The translations under genes and the position numbers were made by a program. Below are positions 1 to 8,298 of a stretch of DNA of 64,000 bases, one piece after another. The stretch is from positions 18,045 to 82,044 of the forward strand of contig PWMU01000177.1 in assembly GCA_003558065.1 (NCBI GenBank), written 5' to 3'. This DNA is from Opitutia bacterium. GTDB taxonomy: Bacteria > Verrucomicrobiota > Verrucomicrobiia > Opitutales > T3Sed10-336. The notes below the pieces were generated by a model, which worked only from the letters and a program-made list of their open reading frames with translations, was not told where the DNA came from and did no database searches. Each line of letters opens with the position of its first letter. Position 1 is the first letter of the stretch.

Positions 1-2825
1 ACGCCTACGATCTGGCCGCCGGCACCGAGTCGGGGCTCATCGCCCCCGACGGATTGGTTGAACCCCTCGGGCTCGGATTGAACCCTTCGCGCAGCCATCT
101 AGTCGTTGTCGAACGCGGAAGCGGGCACCTGATCGCTTACGAATTCGCGAGCGGCGAATCTTTTACAGCGGCGCCGGTCGGTTCCGCGCACTTCGGGGTC
201 GCGGTGCTGGCGGAGCCTTCGCCGATTCCGCCGCCGGTCCCGGCCGACCCGCCCATCGTTGAGACGTTTGAGAACGGTACGCCCGGGGAATCGATCGTCA
301 ACCGATCGACTTCGGATGGAAAGGGACTCTGGCGCCAGAGCGCCCGCGGAAGCGATTCCACCCTCAATTACGGGGGCGAGCCGGGAGAGGTCACCTACGA
401 ACCCTTCGCCCCCAGCGGAAGGGGCGATGTCCGCCTCGATGTCGACGTCGACGGGGTCGAGGACTACATTATCAAGTTCGACGACGTACTGTTGCGCGGC
501 GGAAACCCGTTTCTGGATTCGTACGTCGCGATCGGGGCGCGGAAGACCGACGGCTCCGACCTCGGCACCTACCGGATTCGCCAGTGGCGCGTCACCGATG
601 AGGACGAAGGGACCACGACCTTCCGCTACGGCATCCATTACCTCGACCCTGAAGGGGAGACCGACACCCGCCCCGGCAACTGGCGGGCGGAGACGGTCCC
701 GACCGAAGACGTCGAAGGCGGCGACTACAGCGGTTCCGAGCTGCTGCGCGAGAACCTGGAACTCCGCGTGCGGGGCAACCAGCAGCGGCTTTTCCTCGAC
801 GGGGACCCGCTGGGCGAGTGGCAGGAAACCCAGGGGACCTACGACGACGGCAACGCCGACCTGGCGCTGGTCATCAACACCACCTCCTCCGGCTCGGGCT
901 CAACCTTCACCCACCCCGTTTTCCACGGCCTGACCCTGGAGGAACCTCCCCCGCCGCCCGAAGTTCCCGAAGCAACGGACGAATGGCAACTGGTGGACGA
1001 CTTTGCCGGCCGCGATCTCGGGCCCATCGCCGGACAGGACGGGTGGCAACAGCCTTCCGGAGGCCTTGCCGAGGTCATTGACAATCCCTTCGGTAACGGA
1101 CGTGTGCTCCGGGTCGGCGGCGGGACCCATGCCAAAACGGTCAATATTCCCGACGGTGAAACGGGCACCGTGTTCTTCCGGGCCCGTTCGATCGGGCGGA
1201 GCGATTTCTCCTTCGGGGCGAGCCACCAGTTGGAACCCGGCAACATCTCCGGCACCGCGGCCGCGCAATTCGCGTTCCGGACCTCGAGCCGCAACGGCAT
1301 CGACATCGTGGAGGAAGGCAACTCCATCCGCAATCTGGGGCTGTACAACGCCCACACCTGGTACCACGTGTGGATCGTGATCAACAACGACGAAAACTTC
1401 TCAAACTACTACATTCAGGGAGGAGAGTTCGACGAGCCGACCCTGCTGCTCTATGAACCGAGCGAAGGAGATCCTCGCAGCGCATTCCCATTCCGGCACA
1501 ATCAGGCTGGCGAAGCGATAAAGACCTTCGGATTCCAGGCATTCAATCCCGGACTGATCTACATTGACGAGATCTGGTTCAACGGCTTGACCGAGGATCT
1601 CACGGCTCCGTCACCGCTGCCGGCCCCGGAAGACAAAACGAATGACGGTCCGCTGCCGGCGTACGAAGGATTCTCGTATTCGACCGGCGAGGTTCTCGGA
1701 CTCAACGGAGGCTTCAGTTGGGCGGAGCCCTACCGTCCGTCAGGCGATCGCCAAAGCCCGGTGGTCGGGGAAGGCAGCCTGGCCTACGAAAACGTCGCCA
1801 CTGAAGGCAACCGCCTTATCGTCGACGGTACCGGGGGACGCGCCGAGACCTTCCGTTTCCTGGACCTCGGCTTCACGCCGACGGAGAGTCTCGCAGACGG
1901 GCTGCTCGGGGCGCCTGGATCCGACGTGTACCTGAGTTTCGTTGTCGATGGAGGCGACACGGTGGACGCGCCGTTCTGGGGTGTTTCCACCTTCCGCAAT
2001 CAAAGCGAGCGGCTGTTTATCGGAAAGAGCCAGAATCAGGACCATTGGGCAATCCAGACACCGGGGGCAGCCGACCGCTCGGAAGCGGATCCGGACGAGG
2101 CGCCGCTGACCGGCACCTCGTTCATTGTCGTGCGTCACTATTACCTGAGCCCGGAAGAAATCGACGCACAGGAGCTTGAGGAAGACGAAGACCCGATCCT
2201 GGGCCGCGTTTATCTCTTTCACAATCCGGACCTCGCGGATGGAGAACCGGCTGTCGAAGACGCGGCCGCCAGTTTCGAGACAACAAACGAAATGATTTTC
2301 AATCGGTTCCGCATAACCGCCGACGATTCCGGCAACGGCTTCGAGCTCGATGAAATCCGGGTTGGCACCACCTGGGAAGCCGTCACACCGGTGGACGACG
2401 CCGAGCCTCCCGAAGGTTATGAGGATTGGGCCGGACGATTCTTCACCCAAGACGAAATGGACGATCCCAGTATCAGCGGGCCTTCCGCCGATCCGGACGG
2501 CGACGGGATCCTCAATCTTATGGAGTTCGCGCTCGGCGGGAATCCCACGCAACCGGACCGCGGCATCCTCCCGGCGGAAGGCCGGGAATCCGTTGACGGC
2601 GAGGACTACCTCACCCTCACCTTCTCACGGCCGGCGGACGTCACCGGCGTCGACTACTCGGTGGATACCGCCGGCGATCCGGGAGCGGTCTGGAACCTGG
2701 GTGCGGCGATCCGGGTGGGAGATCCCGTCGAGGAGGACGGGCTCATCACTGAGACATGGCGCGACACCGAACCGATCGGCGAGGAGCGCCGCCGGTTTCT
2801 CCGTCTGAGGGTTATTTCGCAATGA
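1..2825 (+). CDS. Large secreted/surface protein, 5'-truncated by the window edge; jelly-roll (LamG-like) regions plus a C-terminal DPDGDG..NLMEFALGGNP module
   Basis: The frame is open from nt 3, with no stop before the listed start at 54. It gives >923 aa with a stop at 2823-2825 and a strong hairpin terminator just downstream. The C-terminus reads ADPDGDGILNLMEFALGGNPTQPD...RRFLRLRV. Confidence 0.7.
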   Translation, partial: AYDLAAGTESGLIAPDGLVEPLGLGLNPSRSHLVVVERGSGHLIAYEFASGESFTAAPVGSAHFGVAVLAEPSPIPPPVPADPPIVETFENGTPGESIVNRSTSDGKGLWRQSARGSDSTLNYGGEPGEVTYEPFAPSGRGDVRLDVDVDGVEDYIIKFDDVLLRGGNPFLDSYVAIGARKTDGSDLGTYRIRQWRVTDEDEGTTTFRYGIHYLDPEGETDTRPGNWRAETVPTEDVEGGDYSGSELLRENLELRVRGNQQRLFLDGDPLGEWQETQGTYDDGNADLALVINTTSSGSGSTFTHPVFHGLTLEEPPPPPEVPEATDEWQLVDDFAGRDLGPIAGQDGWQQPSGGLAEVIDNPFGNGRVLRVGGGTHAKTVNIPDGETGTVFFRARSIGRSDFSFGASHQLEPGNISGTAAAQFAFRTSSRNGIDIVEEGNSIRNLGLYNAHTWYHVWIVINNDENFSNYYIQGGEFDEPTLLLYEPSEGDPRSAFPFRHNQAGEAIKTFGFQAFNPGLIYIDEIWFNGLTEDLTAPSPLPAPEDKTNDGPLPAYEGFSYSTGEVLGLNGGFSWAEPYRPSGDRQSPVVGEGSLAYENVATEGNRLIVDGTGGRAETFRFLDLGFTPTESLADGLLGAPGSDVYLSFVVDGGDTVDAPFWGVSTFRNQSERLFIGKSQNQDHWAIQTPGAADRSEADPDEAPLTGTSFIVVRHYYLSPEEIDAQELEEDEDPILGRVYLFHNPDLADGEPAVEDAAASFETTNEMIFNRFRITADDSGNGFELDEIRVGTTWEAVTPVDDAEPPEGYEDWAGRFFTQDEMDDPSISGPSADPDGDGILNLMEFALGGNPTQPDRGILPAEGRESVDGEDYLTLTFSRPADVTGVDYSVDTAGDPGAVWNLGAAIRVGDPVEEDGLITETWRDTEPIGEERRRFLRLRVISQ

Positions 2826-2880
2826 TTCGGCGAGGATGGTCTTCCGGCCGGTCATAGGCCGACGGAATTCCTCGCCTGGA

Positions 2881-2926
2881 AAACAGCCGCCCTGCCATCC
2901 TCCGGCAGGGCGGCTGTTTGCTTTTC
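2881..2926 (+). terminator. Rho-independent terminator
   Basis: Perfect 16-bp stem AAACAGCCGCCCTGCC / GGCAGGGCGGCTGTTT with a 7-nt loop, followed by GCTTTTC; it lies 56 nt after the stop at 2825. Confidence 0.7.
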
Positions 2927-3290
2927 AAACCGCTCAGCCGGGAAAAAGCGGTGTGCCCCGCCCCCCCCGGCGGCTTTGACGCCGGATGCATTCAATTTTT
3001 CCCAGCCATGGCTCAAGCCATCCCGCCGGGGCAGGTGTCAGGCAGGATTATCCGTAATACCCGCATAGAACACCTCCTCAAATCATCTTCCACGACAATC
3101 CCCGAATTTCGCTTCCGCGACCCCCAGCACGCCTCGCCCCATCCGATCCGTTCTTTGATCGCTACGGGAACCACGGCAAATACCCACTTTCATTCAAGTT
3201 TTTCCCACCTATCATACAAGACTCATCAAACCGGTTATGTTACCTTATCGGCCGTTCGAGTTTCCTCATACCTTCCAACCAGCAGTCATC

Positions 3291-4790
3291 ATGAACACGA
3301 GCCCGCTTGACCTCCCGAAACGCCCGACCCTTCGTCACTTGCTCCTTCTCTTCGCCGCAGGCACCCTCGGAACCGGCACCGCCGTCGCCAACCAGTGGAT
3401 CAACGCGGACGAAGATCACCTTTGGAGCAACGAAAACAACTGGACAGCCGGAATCCCCGATTCCGGCCTCGCGTGGATCAACGGAACCACCGACGAGGCG
3501 CGGATCGACTACGAAGCTCCCGACATAACCGAAGCGATCATCGGGCAGGGAGCCAGCGACGGCAGCGTCCGCATGCAGGAGGGCGGCTCCCTCACCTCAT
3601 CGCATATCAATCTGGCCTTTGGCGACGGTTGGAACGGAACGTGGAATCACGACGCCGGCACGCTGAACGCCGGAGACCTGAGACTCGGGCGCCAGGATGG
3701 CGGAACGGCCGAATTCAACCTCTCCGGCGGCACCGTCAATGCGACCGGCCTCAGACTGAACTCCACGAGCGGTACCGACGGAGAGGACCAGGCAACCGGT
3801 ATCGCCAACGTTACCGGCGGGGCTCTCAATCTGGACAATCACCTTCGCCTGAACTCCCGTGCAGGCGGTGCGACGACCGCTCAGACCGTTACTGTCTCGG
3901 GCGGTACGGTTACGAGCTCGCGCGACCTGCAAATCGGTCGCGGCGATATGGAAGGCGGCACGGCGACCGTAAATCTTTCGGAAACGGGCTCTCTGAGTGT
4001 CGGGAATATCGAAATGGCAACCAGCGGTTCAGGCGGCACGGGGGCCAGCACGCTGAATGTTTCCGGGGGAACCCTTGATGCTTCCGGAAACCTCCGGATC
4101 GGTCATGAAGGCTCCGATGCGGACGTGGAGATTTCGGGCGGAACGGTAACCATCGAGAACCAAACCCGGATCGGCAACGTCGGCACCGGCACTACAGCCA
4201 ACGGCTCCCTTACAGTCACCGGCGGCAACGTCACCTTAAAGGCCCTTACCGCAGTCGGCACCGTCGGCGAAGACATGGGCAGGGGATCCATCACCATCGG
4301 CGGCGACGCGAATTTCACCTTCGGCGAGAGCAATGCCTCGATCGTACTTCGCGAGGGCGTGGGAAACAGCTTCACAGTCAACGGCTCTCAGGCCACCATC
4401 AACAGCCTGCGGGCCGCAGGCACCGCTCTGGAATTCAACAACGGCAACGACGTGAACCTCAACTTCGACTCCGGCGGCATTTCCACCGTCGACCTGACCG
4501 CCGATATTCGTTTCGGCGGTGACGACGTCACCTTGAATATCGATGCCACCGAAGCCAGCGAAGGCGTCTACGCCCTATTCACTTTTAACGACTACTGGGA
4601 TACCGGTCACACCACCTTCGGCACCGAGAACCTCGATTTTGCCGCCGGCATGGACGGCTGGATCAACTACAATGCCAACGACATTTCCCTCGAGATCATC
4701 CCCGAACCGTCCACCTACGCGCTACTCTTCGGCGCAGGAATTTTCGGCATCGTGCTCTTGCTCCGCTCACGGCGCAGGAACCGCCTTTAA
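3291..4790 (+). CDS. PEP-CTERM-anchored surface protein with beta-helix (autotransporter-associated beta-strand-like) repeats
   Basis: ATG at 3291 gives the signal peptide MNTSPLDLPKRPTLRHLLLLFAAGTLGTGTAVA. Repetitive GGT(V/L)N..G.L.(I/L)G units follow. The C-terminus IPEPSTYALLFGAGIFGIVLLLRSRRRNRL is a classic PEP-CTERM tail. Confidence 0.85.
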   Translation: MNTSPLDLPKRPTLRHLLLLFAAGTLGTGTAVANQWINADEDHLWSNENNWTAGIPDSGLAWINGTTDEARIDYEAPDITEAIIGQGASDGSVRMQEGGSLTSSHINLAFGDGWNGTWNHDAGTLNAGDLRLGRQDGGTAEFNLSGGTVNATGLRLNSTSGTDGEDQATGIANVTGGALNLDNHLRLNSRAGGATTAQTVTVSGGTVTSSRDLQIGRGDMEGGTATVNLSETGSLSVGNIEMATSGSGGTGASTLNVSGGTLDASGNLRIGHEGSDADVEISGGTVTIENQTRIGNVGTGTTANGSLTVTGGNVTLKALTAVGTVGEDMGRGSITIGGDANFTFGESNASIVLREGVGNSFTVNGSQATINSLRAAGTALEFNNGNDVNLNFDSGGISTVDLTADIRFGGDDVTLNIDATEASEGVYALFTFNDYWDTGHTTFGTENLDFAAGMDGWINYNANDISLEIIPEPSTYALLFGAGIFGIVLLLRSRRRNRL

Positions 4791-4813
4791 TGTTTCCCGG
4801 TTTGTCTTGCTTG

Positions 4814-4844
4814 AAAAAGCGGAGTTTTCGGACTCCGCTTTTTT
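4814..4844 (+). terminator. Rho-independent terminator
   Basis: AAAAAGCGGAGT-TTTCGG-ACTCCGCTTTTTT begins about 25 nt after the stop at 4790. Confidence 0.75.
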
Positions 4845-5050
4845 GCCGCCCCTGGACTCGGCCACAACGCGATGATCGGACCGGCAAACGCAACCCGAAG
4901 TTTTTCAGGAGCGCTTCGCCATTTCGTGTGGGTTCACCTGTCGGGTCCTTGCCGGCCGCTCCTCCGTCACCCGAAAGTCTGTCGGGCAAGCCTGACAGAC
5001 TCCTAAAATGACATTGCCACTGCCCGTCACCTTCTCTTGGTTTATAGGCA

Positions 5051-8000
5051 ATGAACGGCTTCGATCTCAAGGAATTCAAGAACCCGTCCGCCATCCACCG
5101 TCCCGTCCCGTTTTACAGTTGGAATGAATGGATGGAACCCGAGGAAATCCGGCGACAGATCGACCAGATGGCAAAGGCCGGTTGGGGCGGCGTTTTTGTT
5201 CACAGCCGGATCGGCCTGACCACCCCCTACCTGGGCGACGAGTGGTTCCAGGCCGTTGAGGCGACGATCGAACACGCCAGGAAACGAAAGATGAAAGTCT
5301 GGCTTTACGACGAGGACAAATGGCCAAGCGGCTACAGCGGCGGCTCCGTCCCCCTCGCCGATCCTTCCTACCGACAGCAGGCCCTCGTCGCTCGGCCCGC
5401 GCGCGCCAAGGCTCCGTCAGACTGCGTCAAGATCGGCAACCCGCAAAACGGCCTTCAGCACTTCATCTGGACAGCTCCGCTCGGACAGGCCTGGTTCAAC
5501 GGCACTTGCTACGCCGGGCTCATGCACCGCGAGGCGATGCAGACGTTTCTTCAGGACGCCTACGAAACCTATTACCGTCGCTTCGCGGATGAGTACGGCA
5601 AAACCATTGTCGGCGAATTCACCGACGAGCCCTGTTCGCTGTTCCGCAAACGCGTGCCCCACGGAGCCGTTCCCTTCACGCCCGAACTTCTGGACCGTTT
5701 TCGGGAGACCTGGAAATACGACCCGATTCCCCATTTCCACCTCCTGTATCAGGACGGAGAAGACGCCCCCCGCTTCCGGCTCCAGTATTTTCGCATCGTC
5801 AACGAACTGTTCGAGAGAAACTTCTCCCAGCAACTCGGCGAGTGGTGCGAGGATCACGGCATCGCCCTGACGGGACACTACATGCTGGAAGATTCCCTTT
5901 ACGGGCAGCAAACCTGGGGCGTCAAGATTATGCCCAACTACCGGCGCCAGACTATGCCCGGCGTCGACCACCTCGGACGGCACGTCCACAATATCATCAC
6001 CTTGAAGCAATGCCAGAGCGTCGTGAACCAGCACGAAAAGCCGCGCATGCTCAGCGAACTGTACGGCGTGGCCGGCGGCTCCCTGACCTTCCTCGACCGT
6101 GCATGGATCGGGTTCCAGCAGCTGTGCTTCGGCGTCAACCTCCTCAATCCCCACCTCTCGCTTTACACGATGGCCGGCTGTCGCAAGCGGGACTATCCTC
6201 AAAACATCTTCTACCAGCAGCCGTGGTGGCCGCTCAATCACATCCTGGACACCCCGCTGAGCCGTGTATGCGCTTCGCTGACACAGGGCAGGTACCTCGC
6301 CGAAGCCCTCCTGATCCATCCGGGCGAGTCATCGTTCGTACACTGGGAAACCGAACTGGACAAAAAACAGTTTGACGGCCTGCTCGACTGGAATCATGAG
6401 CCGACAACACCCGGTGCAAAGAAGAAGATCGATCGCATTGACCGCGATTTCAGAAAGGTCATGGATACGCTCCTCGGCGATCAACGAAGCTTTGACCTGG
6501 GCGATGAAACGATCATCGCCCAGGAAGGCAGCCTGGAGGAAGTCGGAGGACGACCGGTAATTCGCATAAACAAGGTGGATTACCCGGTGGTGATCCTTCC
6601 GACCATGGCGACACTGGGCGAAAAAACCTACAAACTCCTCGACGACTTCCTCGACGCCGGCGGTAAAGTCATCCTCTGCGGCAAAGAGGCATCCCTGCTT
6701 GAGGGCAAGGCCAGCCGCAGGCTGCAACCGTTTTACGAGCGACTCAAATCCGTATCCCTCCAGAACCTTCCGGCGGTTCTGCGGCGGACGGCGCGGCCGC
6801 TTGTCTCCGCCCCCCGCCTTTCCGCTGCCAACAAGAGCAAGCTCTTTGTCCACCTCCGCGACCTGCCGGACGGGAGCCGTCTGGCTTTTGTGGTCAATCT
6901 CAACCGCTTTCGCTCCTTCTCGACCGCCCTGCACTTCCGGGGAGAATTCGAGTCCGTCCGGGAACTCAACTTCCACAATGGGGAGGCCAGTAAACTTCAG
7001 TGCAAATCCGTCAGGGACCGCCTCGAAATCACTCTGCCATTCGCTCCCGCACAGGCGCATTTGCTCCTTCTCACCAGAGAGAAAATCGACGGCAAGGGCG
7101 TTTCGCCGGTCCCTCGCAAAGACAAGCAGCGGCGGGCCCTCTCGCAGAAGGAATGGGAGGTTGAACGACTCGACGACAACGCGATCACGTTGGACTATGC
7201 TAACTGGCGAACGGCCACGGGCTCCTTCAGCGGGAAACCTTCTCCTGTACTGGGGATTCAGGAGTACCTGAATTCGTGCCGTTACGATGGCCCCCTCACC
7301 CTGAGGTATCCGGTTCAAGTCGGTTCCCTCGCCGACAACCGCAAGGTTCATCTGGTGGTGGAATACCCGGAACGCTACGAAATCCGGGTCAACGGGACGC
7401 CCCTCAAGCAGGAAACGCTTCCCTTCTGGCGCGATTTTCGCTGGCATCCCATTGATATCACCGGTCTCCTGAAAGCCGGTTGCGAGAACATCATACAACT
7501 CGATTGTCCCGAGTTTCAACATGGCGACCTCACTTCTGTGGAAGACATGTTCGCCAGGTACGGTACGGAAATCGAATCGATCTACCTGGTGGGGGATTTC
7601 TCGGTTTTCGGCCGGCTGGCGAAACCCGCGCCCCTGCCCGCCCATTGGAAGGAGTTTGAACTTCCGCCGGTAAGCGTCCACGGCTTTGAATACGGCTCCT
7701 TCATTCTCGAGGATCCGGAGAGATTGAAGTTCGGCGATACAACCTCCCGGGGACTGCCTTTCTACGCGGGACGCCTGTCCTGCACCACGACACTTCCCAA
7801 ACTCTCCCGGAATGGACGCTGGTTCCTCCGCCTCCAGGATCTCGATTGCCCCGTTGCGGAGGTCAAGGTCGATGGCACGGTCGCGGGTCATTTCATGCTC
7901 AACCCCTTTGAAGTCGATTTGACGCCGTTTCTCGAGGGCAAACCCGCGCGCCTGGAGCTCATCCTCTACGGGACGCTGCGCAACCTCCTGGGCCCCCACC

Positions 8001-8188
8001 ACAACCCGGAAGGCGAGATGGCCCGGGTGGGTCCCCACCAGTTTTCAGCCCTGCCCGCACCGGGCGGGAACGGGGTCAATGAATGGGTTCTCAACCACCA
8101 GAAAGGCAAGCCGGTCAAGCAGTGGACCGACTCCTACTGCATGGTCTCGTTCGGCAAGCTGGGCCGCGCGACGCTGGTAAGGCGCTAG
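5051..8188 (+). CDS. Large glycoside hydrolase, possibly GH106-like alpha-L-rhamnosidase
   Basis: 1045-aa ORF. The N-terminus NPSAIHRPVPFYSWNEWMEPEEIRRQIDQMAKAGWGGVFVHSRIGL...WLYDEDKWPSGYSGG matches the TIM-barrel opening I associate with GH106-type enzymes. It sits next to GH78 and rhaM. The family call is from memory. Confidence 0.7.
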   Translation: MNGFDLKEFKNPSAIHRPVPFYSWNEWMEPEEIRRQIDQMAKAGWGGVFVHSRIGLTTPYLGDEWFQAVEATIEHARKRKMKVWLYDEDKWPSGYSGGSVPLADPSYRQQALVARPARAKAPSDCVKIGNPQNGLQHFIWTAPLGQAWFNGTCYAGLMHREAMQTFLQDAYETYYRRFADEYGKTIVGEFTDEPCSLFRKRVPHGAVPFTPELLDRFRETWKYDPIPHFHLLYQDGEDAPRFRLQYFRIVNELFERNFSQQLGEWCEDHGIALTGHYMLEDSLYGQQTWGVKIMPNYRRQTMPGVDHLGRHVHNIITLKQCQSVVNQHEKPRMLSELYGVAGGSLTFLDRAWIGFQQLCFGVNLLNPHLSLYTMAGCRKRDYPQNIFYQQPWWPLNHILDTPLSRVCASLTQGRYLAEALLIHPGESSFVHWETELDKKQFDGLLDWNHEPTTPGAKKKIDRIDRDFRKVMDTLLGDQRSFDLGDETIIAQEGSLEEVGGRPVIRINKVDYPVVILPTMATLGEKTYKLLDDFLDAGGKVILCGKEASLLEGKASRRLQPFYERLKSVSLQNLPAVLRRTARPLVSAPRLSAANKSKLFVHLRDLPDGSRLAFVVNLNRFRSFSTALHFRGEFESVRELNFHNGEASKLQCKSVRDRLEITLPFAPAQAHLLLLTREKIDGKGVSPVPRKDKQRRALSQKEWEVERLDDNAITLDYANWRTATGSFSGKPSPVLGIQEYLNSCRYDGPLTLRYPVQVGSLADNRKVHLVVEYPERYEIRVNGTPLKQETLPFWRDFRWHPIDITGLLKAGCENIIQLDCPEFQHGDLTSVEDMFARYGTEIESIYLVGDFSVFGRLAKPAPLPAHWKEFELPPVSVHGFEYGSFILEDPERLKFGDTTSRGLPFYAGRLSCTTTLPKLSRNGRWFLRLQDLDCPVAEVKVDGTVAGHFMLNPFEVDLTPFLEGKPARLELILYGTLRNLLGPHHNPEGEMARVGPHQFSALPAPGGNGVNEWVLNHQKGKPVKQWTDSYCMVSFGKLGRATLVRR

Positions 8189-8298
8189 GTACGGGGAACA
8201 GGCAGGGGGGCGGGTTCGGATTTCGGGATTCGGGAAGTCCCGGGTAAATCCCTGACAACTTCGCCTTTGAACCGCCCGCCTGTCGAAACCTCTTCTCT

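Noticed and set aside
2918-3310. 130-aa ORF in the intergenic region upstream of the PEP-CTERM protein
   Set aside because: It spans the terminator hairpin and overlaps the downstream start. Its composition is poor (Pro/Ser/His-rich) and it has no motifs.
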